Positions 38,410-47,513 of a DNA stretch of 64,000 nt are shown here, one piece after another. The notes beneath the pieces were generated by a model. The model did not search any database and was not told where the DNA came from. It saw only the letters and a list, made by a program, of their open reading frames with translations. The translations under genes and the position numbers were made by a program. The stretch lies in the IMG/VR virus record IMGVR_UViG_3300041411_000080, positions 124,001-188,000 of that record. One strand, 5' to 3'. How positions within the stretch are numbered: position 1 is the stretch's first letter; the number at the start of each line of letters is the position of its first letter.

Positions 38410-40632
38410 TCATGGAGTGTTCAGACCATCAACAACTGGCTTGTTCCACTGCGAGTGACCCATTACTTCCTGGAAGCCTGTTACTTCAAATTCCAGTGCG
38501 AATGGAATGTTGTTGATGTGCAGGTTGAAAGGAATGGCTGCGATCTCGCGGGAGATCTGGTGACCGCCACGGCTGATCGGAAGATCGGCGATGATAGTCG
38601 ACACGTAGAAGAACTGACCGAAGCTCAGGATGTCGTTCTCTACCGGAGTCTTACGGGTTGGTACTACTACCAGCTTACCATCGAACAGTTCGTTGTTGGT
38701 CGACACGATGTCGTACTCGAGGTAAGCACCCAGGGTACGGTCGTCGCCTTTGGTCATCAGGTAGTTGGCGATCTCTTTGTCCGAGCAGAACAGGAACATT
38801 GGACGCTCATCTTGGTTGCCCGAGATTACTCGGAAAGCAGCTTCGATGTTCGAGTTACGGTATGCTGGGAACAGCGCACCTTTAACTTTGTTCAGGATAG
38901 CGGAGCAAACGTCGTCCCAACGGTCTTTCGACTTCAGGGTATCGATCATGTCAGGCAGGTGCATGCGTTCGAAGTAGTAGGTAGGACGCATTACTGCGGC
39001 CAGAGCACCTTCGTACACGTTGATCACTGGACGGTTGAAGCCGTTACCAGTCAGTTCACGCAGCTGAGCCAGGTAGTTCAACAGAGTCTTAACAGCGTTG
39101 TTGCTGTTACGAATGTTGGTGTTCACAGTCAGTGCTTTAACAACTTCGCCTGGACCTTCTTCTTCCATGGTGCTCAGTGGCAGAGTCACTGGAGCGTGCA
39201 TTGGGATTGGGTGACGGAATTGCAGAGCACGAGTTTGCAACAGGTGACCGCGCTGACGACGGTTAGTGTTGGTGAAACGGGTGTGCAGATCGAAACCAAC
39301 GATTTCCAGATCGGTGATCGAATCAACCAGAGTCTTACCAGCGCCAGTTTTGGTATCTACTGGACGACGGTCAGAGTTCAGGATAGCAGCAACTTCTACA
39401 TCGCCATTACCGAAACGAGAATCACCTTTCGAGGTGCTGATGTTACCGTTGAAGTCAACGCTCAGACGCAGTACCCATTCACGCTGGGCCAGTTCTGTCA
39501 TTGCAGCGGTTTGTACGCCGTCGATGGTACGGGTGATCGAACTTACGCTCAGATCATCAGTCCAGAAGTCGATACGAGCACCACGGGTATCGCCGATCAG
39601 GTCAGGTTGGAACACAGCACGTGGCATGCGGTCAACTTTGAACTTGATTACTTTACCTTGGAACTTAACGTACAGGTTCTTCAGACGACCAGCAGGGTCG
39701 ATGGTATCAGAAACTTCCAGCATGCCAGCCGAGATCAGCAGGTTAGCGTTCGAGTTACCGATCAGGTCAATACGAATACCAGGCTTCAGAGGAGCGGTTT
39801 CGATCGACAGGTTTTGTTCGTTAACGATGGTCTCAGCAGGAACCAGAGCAGGGTCAACGAAGAAGTCCAGGTTGGTACCAGCTGGATCGATCGCAGGGAT
39901 CAGATCAGTAGCGTTGTCGTCAAGAATCGACGGATCACGGTATGCTTCTACCATGTTCACTTCTTCGTTCTTCCAACGAGCACCGTTAACAGCGTGATGG
40001 ACGTCTTTCATTACAGCGATGTACGGCAGAACCTGAACTACACCACCCTCGATAGGGTTGATAACGGTAGTTGGGTAGATCCGCTCAGAGAACTCGTCCT
40101 GACGGGAAGCAGCCAGGTTATAACCAACGGTTACAACACGGAAGTCACGTTGCGATTTCTCGTTGTAGTTTTCCAGACCCATGGTCTTGGCGCCTTCAGC
40201 GTCAAACACTTGCAGGGAACCGGCAGGACCGTCGAATTTGTGTTCGATGGTTTTGATCGACTCGGTCGAAGGGATTACTTTCGACAGGCCGCGCAGAGCC
40301 TTGATGTACTGATCAGGGTTAGCAGCAGCGATGGTGCCCAGGAAGGCAGCAGTCAGCTGGTTTTCAGCAACGCGTTGATCTTCAGAGATAAACGCTTCAA
40401 AGCCGAGGTTAACGGCCATGGTACGCAGTTGCTTGTAGACGTTAGCGGCTTGACCGGCTTCATCCTTTTGACCGAACGATTCCAGACCTACAGTAGAGGC
40501 CAGACCAGCAGCGGTAGAGAACACACCGTCAGCCAGATCGTTTTCGAAGTTCAGCTTGGTAACAAATGCTTCCATGGAGAAGACTGGTTTATCTGTGGCG
40601 CTAGCCTTCAGAAGAGATTTCAAAGTTTTCAT
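38410..40632 (-). CDS. Major capsid protein (phiKZ gp120-like)
   Basis: About 740 aa with strong codon bias; propeptide with SME/GLE sites up to GLE-NYNE; YNLAASRQDEF and TNTNRRQRG motifs. Confidence 0.9.
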   Translation of the reverse strand: MKTLKSLLKASATDKPVFSMEAFVTKLNFENDLADGVFSTAAGLASTVGLESFGQKDEAGQAANVYKQLRTMAVNLGFEAFISEDQRVAENQLTAAFLGTIAAANPDQYIKALRGLSKVIPSTESIKTIEHKFDGPAGSLQVFDAEGAKTMGLENYNEKSQRDFRVVTVGYNLAASRQDEFSERIYPTTVINPIEGGVVQVLPYIAVMKDVHHAVNGARWKNEEVNMVEAYRDPSILDDNATDLIPAIDPAGTNLDFFVDPALVPAETIVNEQNLSIETAPLKPGIRIDLIGNSNANLLISAGMLEVSDTIDPAGRLKNLYVKFQGKVIKFKVDRMPRAVFQPDLIGDTRGARIDFWTDDLSVSSITRTIDGVQTAAMTELAQREWVLRLSVDFNGNISTSKGDSRFGNGDVEVAAILNSDRRPVDTKTGAGKTLVDSITDLEIVGFDLHTRFTNTNRRQRGHLLQTRALQFRHPIPMHAPVTLPLSTMEEEGPGEVVKALTVNTNIRNSNNAVKTLLNYLAQLRELTGNGFNRPVINVYEGALAAVMRPTYYFERMHLPDMIDTLKSKDRWDDVCSAILNKVKGALFPAYRNSNIEAAFRVISGNQDERPMFLFCSDKEIANYLMTKGDDRTLGAYLEYDIVSTNNELFDGKLVVVPTRKTPVENDILSFGQFFYVSTIIADLPISRGGHQISREIAAIPFNLHINNIPFALEFEVTGFQEVMGHSQWNKPVVDGLNTP

Positions 40633-40706
40633 CAATTAATTTCCTACGCAGGATGGGTTTTGGTTTTAAACGAGTATCTATTGTCCAGGACTATTTTTCA
40701 CCGGAA

Positions 40707-41243
40707 CTAGACCTTGGACATAAGATAATAGTTGAAGAGATTCGTTGATGCTACTTGCTCAAACTTGCAAGTTCTCAGCAACTCATTAATCATACTATCA
40801 AAGAACGTACGGTTACTGATCAAAGTAAACCGTTCAGGATCGCTATTGGTGATAGGCAGACTCTTCTGCACCGCAACCCAAAGATTCTCATCTACAGGAT
40901 AAAGGGAATATTCACTACAAACTTTTGGTTCATTAGCGAATCGGAGCGTAATGGTCTCAATACGTTCCTCTAAAGCATTATGCAAATCTTGCATCTTAAA
41001 CCGTTCGAGGTTATCTGCGGTAGATGCAATTGCAATGCCAGCTCGTGGGCTCACAGCCAGACTTACGCCTGTACCGGCGCCGAACACGAATGGAAATTGG
41101 TTCATAGCTAAGTCGATTTGCGCCAGGTCGTTAACCGAACTAACGCTAGCTATATAGTTGGTGTCTAAAAGACGAGTGAAGAGTACGCCATCAGATTTGT
41201 ACTGATCGAAGACTGCTTCTGGTACGACTAAGAGCTGGGCCAT
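40707..41243 (-). CDS. Hypothetical/virion protein (gp119-like)
   Basis: ORF between the capsid and helicase genes; AAGG RBS. Confidence 0.6.
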   Translation of the reverse strand: MAQLLVVPEAVFDQYKSDGVLFTRLLDTNYIASVSSVNDLAQIDLAMNQFPFVFGAGTGVSLAVSPRAGIAIASTADNLERFKMQDLHNALEERIETITLRFANEPKVCSEYSLYPVDENLWVAVQKSLPITNSDPERFTLISNRTFFDSMINELLRTCKFEQVASTNLFNYYLMSKV

Positions 41244-41377
41244 ACAGTTAACCTTTGGTTTCATCGAGGGTTAGTTAATCATTCATAAAAATAGTGATTA
41301 AAACCATCGACAATTAAATACTTACTCACAAGATGATACACGATACAATCCACTATTTTTACTATCAAGGATTTAAA

Positions 41378-42910
41378 ATGGCATCTCCAAAGCAACTCTT
41401 GGTACAATGCGTAACTCTATTGTGCCTTGAACACCGTGAAGACTCACCCGCTTCTCCTTCTACAGAATTGATCGATAAAGTGGTATCGTCTTTGGAAATG
41501 AAGGAAACAACTGTAGACCACGATCATGGTCGTCAGACATTCCTGGAATTGCGTAACCTCGTAAACGAACTTAATCAGAAACCCAAGAATGCTTTTCCGG
41601 GTTCTCAGGAAGTTCTACAGCTGGTTCGTGTTAGCTGCCGTGAGGAATCTTTCCTATACGATTCCGTTGAACAAGGCGTAATGGAAAACTTCCCAGACGG
41701 GATGAGTATCATGAAGGCTATCAATAGTCGTCGTGGTGCGCTTAATTATTATCTCAATGACACTACAATCAAAACCATTCTGAAGGAGTATTCCCAGAAG
41801 GCTATCTTTGACCGAGGCAATATCGATATCGCCAGTATGGTTAATGAGATGGGTGCAAAGCTTGAACCTTATGTAAAGGCTCGTGCTGAATCTAAGCATC
41901 CGGCAGAGATGGGAGCTATCGACTTTGATAATCCCGAAGCAGTAGAAGACTTCTTTGAAGCTGTAAAAGATACGTTGTCTTCAGATGGTGCATTCAAACT
42001 AGGTTGGAAAGGCTTTAACCGCATCCTTGGTATCTTGGGGGCATTCCGTCGTGGTGAGTTTATTATTACATCTGCACTACAGCACAACTTTAAGTCTTAT
42101 CTTGCTATGTTCTTGTTCGTTCACGTATGTTTGTTTAACAAACCCTTCCTACGAGACCGAACCAAGAAACCGTTGATTCTGTTCGTTACACTTGAGAACG
42201 AAATCACAGATAACCTTTTGACTATGTATAAGTACATCCGTGAAAACGAAACGGGTGAAGAGATCGTCGTTAAGGATATCAACAAGAAAGAAGCAGCTGC
42301 TTATGTCTGTGCTCGATTGGAAGAGAATGGTTTTAAAGTGAAGATGATTCGCTTTGACCCAACTGAGTTTACCGTAGCTGGTTTTGTAAACTACCTCGAC
42401 TCGTTGCAAGCTCAGGGCTTTGAACTTCAGTACCTGACCGTTGACTATCTCAATATGCTGCCTAAGACTGGGTTGGATGCTAAGATTGCAGGTGATGACA
42501 TTCGACTGTTGTTCCGTCGTATGCGTAACTACACTGCGCCTCGTGGCATTACTTTCCTGTCCCCTCACCAGATGTCGTCTGATGCTTTGCAACTGCAACG
42601 TGAGAACACTGAGGACTTCGTACAGGTCGTAGCAAACAAAGGTTACTATGATGGTTGCCGTCGACTGGGTCAAGAACCGGATCTGGAATTGTTCCACCAC
42701 ATTATCCGTCGTAAGGGCAAAGCGTATCTTGCTATTCAACGTGGTAAGCATCGTAACACCGTGACTCCAGTAGAGGACCAATACATTATTCTACCTATGA
42801 CTCAAATTGGCGTTATGCCGTGGGACATTGACAAAGAAGAAGATTATTCCCTCAAAGTTATTCCTGGCTCTGTGATCGGTAGTGATGACGAAAGTGGTTG
42901 GGACGCATAA
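41378..42910 (+). CDS. dnaB: DnaB-like replicative helicase (phiKZ gp118-like)
   Basis: FRRGE...ALQHNFKS (variant Walker A), FVTLEN, LTVDYL, PHQMS and GKHR motifs. Confidence 0.85.
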   Translation: MASPKQLLVQCVTLLCLEHREDSPASPSTELIDKVVSSLEMKETTVDHDHGRQTFLELRNLVNELNQKPKNAFPGSQEVLQLVRVSCREESFLYDSVEQGVMENFPDGMSIMKAINSRRGALNYYLNDTTIKTILKEYSQKAIFDRGNIDIASMVNEMGAKLEPYVKARAESKHPAEMGAIDFDNPEAVEDFFEAVKDTLSSDGAFKLGWKGFNRILGILGAFRRGEFIITSALQHNFKSYLAMFLFVHVCLFNKPFLRDRTKKPLILFVTLENEITDNLLTMYKYIRENETGEEIVVKDINKKEAAAYVCARLEENGFKVKMIRFDPTEFTVAGFVNYLDSLQAQGFELQYLTVDYLNMLPKTGLDAKIAGDDIRLLFRRMRNYTAPRGITFLSPHQMSSDALQLQRENTEDFVQVVANKGYYDGCRRLGQEPDLELFHHIIRRKGKAYLAIQRGKHRNTVTPVEDQYIILPMTQIGVMPWDIDKEEDYSLKVIPGSVIGSDDESGWDA

Positions 42911-42921
42911 AAAAGAAAACG

Positions 42922-42955
42922 ATATAAAGCCTCTCCGTAAGGAGAGGCGATTTAT
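42922..42955. terminator. Hairpin terminator
   Basis: ATATAAA-GCCTCTCC-gtaa-GGAGAGGC-GATTTAT. Confidence 0.7.
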
Positions 42956-42975
42956 TCATTCTCAGGTAATTACGA

Positions 42976-43302
42976 ATGACCCATATAGACCACATTGTTA
43001 ATGACATCATCGGTCAGATCCAACTGTCGATCACATGCAAGCACAGAGCTTATATCGGGGTATACACGGCAAGGCAGAATCTGTTGCCTGTAATCGAGAC
43101 GTTTATCTCCCGCATTAATAAGCAGTACCAAATCAATACCGAGTCCCTAGCGGATGTCCAGAACTTCCTTAAGGCCAGTGGTTTGCGTATTGACATCTGG
43201 CAGAAGCCTGATCCATTTAAAGAAAAGAATCACCTCACCCTGACCGTGGGCGGGTTGACCGCTATCATTTTTGATTACGAGGAAAGTGTCTATGTCAATT
43301 GA
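42976..43302 (+). CDS. Hypothetical protein (DIWQKP paralogue 1)
   Basis: 108 aa. Confidence 0.65.
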   Translation: MTHIDHIVNDIIGQIQLSITCKHRAYIGVYTARQNLLPVIETFISRINKQYQINTESLADVQNFLKASGLRIDIWQKPDPFKEKNHLTLTVGGLTAIIFDYEESVYVN

Positions 43303-43654
43303 AAAATTGAACAACGAAGTAGTAGAACATCTGAAGCATTGCATTAAGTGGCATCAAAGCACCGCCATCCTCGTTCAGGCAGCCGATTACAACGTAGCCC
43401 ACGTCATGGGTGCAGTTACACGTTACGTGGCTGAAATCGAATCGTGGGGCGAAACAGACTATACCAGCTATAGTTCGTTCAACGTCGCTAAGCAATCGCT
43501 TTACTTGAAGTACAACATCCTGTTGGATATCTGGCAGAAGCCACACGGTCATCCAGACTACAGTCACATCAGTTTGGAATGCCGTAACTACAATCGAATC
43601 CTGTTTGATCTCGAATTGAACAGTGATGATCCATCCAACGCACCAAAAGTATAA
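43292..43654 (+). CDS. Hypothetical protein (DIWQKP paralogue 2)
   Basis: GAGGA RBS; shares DIWQKP...H with the preceding gene. Confidence 0.65.
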   Translation: MSIEKLNNEVVEHLKHCIKWHQSTAILVQAADYNVAHVMGAVTRYVAEIESWGETDYTSYSSFNVAKQSLYLKYNILLDIWQKPHGHPDYSHISLECRNYNRILFDLELNSDDPSNAPKV

Positions 43655-43659
43655 CTACG

Positions 43660-43683
43660 GCTACCCTTCGGGGTAGCTTTATG
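43660..43683 (+). terminator. Hairpin terminator
   Basis: GCTACCC-ttcg-GGGTAGC-TTTATG. Confidence 0.8.
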
Positions 43684-44034
43684 CCCGCCAAGCCCGTGGG
43701 ACCCGTTTTAAGAGCTTTCTTTTAATAAGGGGTATCATTTAATGGATTACACTACATCACGTCATAAACGCCATCCCATGGAGGATGGCTTAGTGGGTAT
43801 ATTCAGCTAACGCTATTAGAATAAGGCATTGCTGACTAAAGAGTTTATAGACGTATTACCATTGAGGTAATACTAACTAAGGATTGATTACTATCGTAAT
43901 CGCTGTATATTACAAAATAAAGCCCTACGGGCGATCCTATGCTCTTTAGTGCTAGTCCTGTACTACATGGGGATGTCCAGTATTTTAAATCAATCGTATG
44001 TTAACAATAGAAAACCCTGATCAGGTAGACACAT

Positions 44035-45171
44035 ATGAGCGCCGAGCGTATCACTGACATGGACATTGCTAATCCTGAAGTAACTGAGGATTGGGTTAGT
44101 GTACCAGATGACGAAGCAGCACCAGAGATCTTTGAAACTGAGAAGATCCATACAGCCTTAACAGACCTCGCCAAAGACGTAGACACTGTGCGAGATCAAG
44201 TAACACTTGAAGCATACCAGAAGCGCTATCAGAGCCTTGTAGGGGTATCTGAGGTAGTAACGCTACCGACTATCACCCTAGAGTCTTTTGTAGGTGGTGC
44301 TCTGACTAAGAAGACCCTATTGGCGAAGGCTATCAGAGCCGAAGCTGATCGTGTAGGTGCACAGCTAGAAGCTGCCCTAGAGTCTTATGCCTCAGACATC
44401 AAAGAAGACTTTGGCGAGATGGTCAAAACATTCGATCAAGCTAACCGTAAGCTACGTGCTACTGATGCTGATATCGAAAACGTAGATTCCAAGAAGATCG
44501 AAGTTAACCACCAGCGTATCTTTGATATGTTCATGGTTAAGGATGTCTTCAAAGGCAAGGAACCATTGCCTACCATTCGTACTGAGACTCAACACCTAGA
44601 ACGACTCACTCAACTCGTTGGTCGTGCGGTAGAACGCATCTCCAAAGATGTAGGGATGTTAGATCAAGATGATAAGCTGGAACGTAATGGCCGCGATCTT
44701 CCAGATCAGAATTCCTTACAGCTAATGTTCAACCGAAAGGCTAAGACTAGCGGTGGTCAGTTTGAGACTGATGCTCGTAAAGTACGTGGTCCAAGGAAGT
44801 CACATAGCTGGGGACAACACTTCTGGATTGCCTTTGGTGCGATCATGTTTGGTAGTTTAGGACACTCGATTGCCAAAGCGATCAACAGTGACAAAAAGGA
44901 TACCGAAGCAAAGGTATCCAATAATTTGACTGAGATCCACAAGTTCATTCGGCATGTCGAAGGACTTGATGAAATCGTTGATGATCTAGCCGGTCATGTA
45001 CAGGACTTGGTTGATCTGTTTAAGCAAGTCAACGAACGTCAGGAATCAGCATTGAATCGCCGCGTAGTACCAGTGATGGAACTCGCAAACTTTATCATGA
45101 AGCAGATTGTCGATATCACAAAAGGAACCGACACTCTCTTTACTCGACTCGTACGAAAACACAGCAAATAA
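44035..45171 (+). CDS. Internal head (inner-body/ejection) protein, protease-processed type
   Basis: Acidic propeptide with TLE-A, TLE-S and ALE-S sites; hydrophobic segment FWIAFGAIMFG; paralogue of the next gene. Confidence 0.65.
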   Translation: MSAERITDMDIANPEVTEDWVSVPDDEAAPEIFETEKIHTALTDLAKDVDTVRDQVTLEAYQKRYQSLVGVSEVVTLPTITLESFVGGALTKKTLLAKAIRAEADRVGAQLEAALESYASDIKEDFGEMVKTFDQANRKLRATDADIENVDSKKIEVNHQRIFDMFMVKDVFKGKEPLPTIRTETQHLERLTQLVGRAVERISKDVGMLDQDDKLERNGRDLPDQNSLQLMFNRKAKTSGGQFETDARKVRGPRKSHSWGQHFWIAFGAIMFGSLGHSIAKAINSDKKDTEAKVSNNLTEIHKFIRHVEGLDEIVDDLAGHVQDLVDLFKQVNERQESALNRRVVPVMELANFIMKQIVDITKGTDTLFTRLVRKHSK

Positions 45172-45183
45172 GGTACCTTGAAA

Positions 45184-46359
45184 ATGGCCAAAGTAAACCC
45201 TGTAATGCAACACGCTCCTGTTAAGAAAACTGCTGAGCAAATTGCACTCGAAGACTTCCTGAATACCGTGCCACCAGCACTCGTCAAGGAAGGCGATATC
45301 ATGATCGACAACTCGCCAGCTGAATGGATCGAAGTTGAAGATACCAGCCTGGAACCAATTGTTGATTCCGTAGCTGTAGCCGACACACTGGACGATCTGG
45401 CTGATGACGTAGATGCGTCCACTACCGCTATCGCAATGGAATCCTATCGGCGCCTGTTTACTCAAGTAACTGAGTTGACCGGTCACCCTATTCAACCGGG
45501 TGTATCGCTGGAAAGCTTTAAGCTGACCAAAGGTGGCAAGAAGAAGCTGTCTACATCGATTCGTGAGCACGCTGCTACTATCCGCAGTTGTGTTAACATC
45601 GCTCTGGAAGACTACGTTGATTCCGTAGATGAGAAAGTAGCTAACACTATCGCGAACTACAAGCAGGTTATCGGTGATCTGAATCGTTTGGAAACTTCGA
45701 TCGACGTTCCTGATACTCCTATCCAGATCGACCACAAACAAATCTGGGATATGTTCTTCATTAACGATGAAGCAATCGATCCTACTGAAATTGGTTTGGA
45801 AGTTTCGGCAGTTAAAGAACTGGCCGAGATCGTTAGCAAAGGTGTATCGAACCTGAAGACCATGTCGAGTGGTGGCGCAGAAGGCGCTGCACTGGGTGGT
45901 AGCGAGTTCGTACAACTGATGTACAACACTGACGTTAAGATTTCCAATGGCCGCGCCAAGTTCGAGAAACAACCTACTCCTAAACCATCTAAAGAGTTGG
46001 CTAGTAAAGACTGGGGCTGGTTGGTATTCTGGGGTATCCTCGGCGGCCCGGTTGGTCTGATCACTGCTGCTATCTACCGCGGTATCGCCGGCGGTAACGG
46101 TAAAGAGAAAACCAAGAAAGAACAATCCAAAGCACAGATGCAGAACATGATCCGTGCAATCAAAGGCATGTCGTCGGTTGTTACTAAACTGGATCAAGAA
46201 GTTGACACTATCTTGAAACTGGTTGAAGCTGCTCCCGAAGAAAACAAAGCAAGTCTGAAGCGTGCCGCTTCCCCAGTACTGGAATTGGCCTCGAAGACAA
46301 TTGCCCACGTTACTGAAGTTTCTTACGGTGCTAAGGTACTGTTTAGCAAACTCGGCTAA
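45184..46359 (+). CDS. Internal head (inner-body/ejection) protein, protease-processed type
   Basis: ALE-D, AME-S, SLE-S and ALE-D sites; hydrophobic WGWLVFWGILGGPVGLITAA segment. Confidence 0.65.
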   Translation: MAKVNPVMQHAPVKKTAEQIALEDFLNTVPPALVKEGDIMIDNSPAEWIEVEDTSLEPIVDSVAVADTLDDLADDVDASTTAIAMESYRRLFTQVTELTGHPIQPGVSLESFKLTKGGKKKLSTSIREHAATIRSCVNIALEDYVDSVDEKVANTIANYKQVIGDLNRLETSIDVPDTPIQIDHKQIWDMFFINDEAIDPTEIGLEVSAVKELAEIVSKGVSNLKTMSSGGAEGAALGGSEFVQLMYNTDVKISNGRAKFEKQPTPKPSKELASKDWGWLVFWGILGGPVGLITAAIYRGIAGGNGKEKTKKEQSKAQMQNMIRAIKGMSSVVTKLDQEVDTILKLVEAAPEENKASLKRAASPVLELASKTIAHVTEVSYGAKVLFSKLG

Positions 46360-46371
46360 AAAAAAATAAAG

Positions 46372-46405
46372 CATATTACCCCAGCCATCAGGCCGGGGTT
46401 TTATG
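46372..46405. terminator. Bidirectional hairpin terminator
   Basis: CATATT-ACCCCAGCC-atca-GGCCGGGGT-TTTATG between convergent genes. Confidence 0.7.
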
Positions 46406-46669
46406 TCATGCTTTCAGTTTCACGTTATCCCAACCACTCACGATGTACGTACCCGAACCACGAGCAACATTGAAACCTTTGGCGATCAATGCGTTCGCTG
46501 TTATCATGTGGAGGTGAGTATCGCTAACCAACTCGTGTCGATCGGTGGTATTAAAGATCACCTCAGACTTACCTGAGAACATCGCCGACTCGATGGTTTC
46601 GAGTACGACCGAAAATGACTCTACCATCCGTTGTTCAGCGTTAGTAACCAAAGTAGCCAAGCATGACAT
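46406..46669 (-). CDS. Hypothetical protein
   Basis: AGGAG RBS before ATG 46669; shorter than the ORF-track call. Confidence 0.6.
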   Translation of the reverse strand: MSCLATLVTNAEQRMVESFSVVLETIESAMFSGKSEVIFNTTDRHELVSDTHLHMITANALIAKGFNVARGSGTYIVSGWDNVKLKA

Positions 46670-46679
46670 AAAAGAATAC

Positions 46680-46860
46680 TCCTGATCTAATGTTATGTAA
46701 AGTGAGTGTACAGTTTGTATCGTTCCGATTCCATCACCGGAATGACGGTCTGGTCCCACGAGGGGATCATTCTGAAATGAGGGTGATTGAGTCAACCCAT
46801 GAAAGACGACCACTAATCGTCTGACATGGTCAGCCTAAGGGGAGTAGTGCCCCCTTAGGC
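46680..46860. ncRNA. Candidate structured RNA or leader
   Basis: Non-coding gap with at least five adjacent stem-loops. Confidence 0.3.
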
Positions 46861-46881
46861 TTCCTTTCTTTATGCCGCGTT

Positions 46882-47091
46882 TTACAACCACTCGAATTTG
46901 ATGTCATCGCCTTCCCACACGTAAGTGGCTAAAACATTGGCGCAGGTCGGACTACTATAGACCTTCCCGTTTCCGATGGCGTAGTTACCTACGACACCAC
47001 AGGAACGACCTTCCTGCTCACACAGTGCATTTAATACAGCACCAATTGATCCAGCTTTGTAACTACCGAATGGACCATTGTACATTTTCAT
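46882..47091 (-). CDS. Hypothetical protein
   Basis: 69 aa; TAATG coupling. Confidence 0.6.
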   Translation of the reverse strand: MKMYNGPFGSYKAGSIGAVLNALCEQEGRSCGVVGNYAIGNGKVYSSPTCANVLATYVWEGDDIKFEWL

Positions 47092-47513
47092 TATGCTGCC
47101 TCAGCTAGTTGTGCACTGGAATGCACTTGATCTGGAGTAATACCGATCTCTTTGGGATTGATAGTAATACCCCAGTCAGGATTACCTTTACGGAGTTCTG
47201 CAACCATCTTAGCGTAGAAAGCCCGATGGATAACAATTCGCTTATTCCAACCTAACCGGGAGAACTGGTCACTCGTTTCAGTTACATACCCATCATCGTT
47301 AAGTTGAACCTGGATGTGCCAACCCAACGTAGGACGTCCACCGAGGATACGTTCAATGTGGAGGCGCGCTGCACGTTTGAATGGGTGCATTGTACGGAAC
47401 CCGAGTACTGGACAGAGGAACTTACAACGCTCGTAATACTCGGAGGCAGCAGCCTTTTCGATTTCCGCAGCTACTCGATTAAGAATTAGCTGAGCGAACC
47501 AACGCTTGATCAT
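47091..47513 (-). CDS. Hypothetical protein
   Basis: 140 aa; ATGA coupling. Confidence 0.65.
   Translation of the reverse strand: MIKRWFAQLILNRVAAEIEKAAASEYYERCKFLCPVLGFRTMHPFKRAARLHIERILGGRPTLGWHIQVQLNDDGYVTETSDQFSRLGWNKRIVIHRAFYAKMVAELRKGNPDWGITINPKEIGITPDQVHSSAQLAEAA

Noticed and set aside
38368-38412. +1 or -1 frameshift, or an independent mini-ORF (MERVVPAILKTV), at the capsid stop
   Set aside because: These frames close after 5-13 codons and carry no motif; only the zero frame gives the RYxExG repeat.
38346-38412. Selenocysteine insertion at the capsid UGA
   Set aside because: The downstream stem does not resemble a bacterial SECIS that I can recognise, and the context is not a redox site. 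It cannot be fully excluded without MS.
38455-40710. 751-aa ORF antisense to the capsid gene (similar ones at 24257-25711, 33762-35006 and 45046-46374)
   Set aside because: Same codon-bias mirror effect; the opposite strand carries the recognisable protein.
43906-43913. Plus-strand TATATTAC
   Set aside because: Lacks the TAGAA and GTGA blocks and precedes virion (late) genes; not called as an early promoter.
46770-46825. Hammerhead-like CTGA...stem...GAAA arrangement
   Set aside because: The core is CTGAAATGA, not CUGANGA, and the cleavage triplet does not fit.
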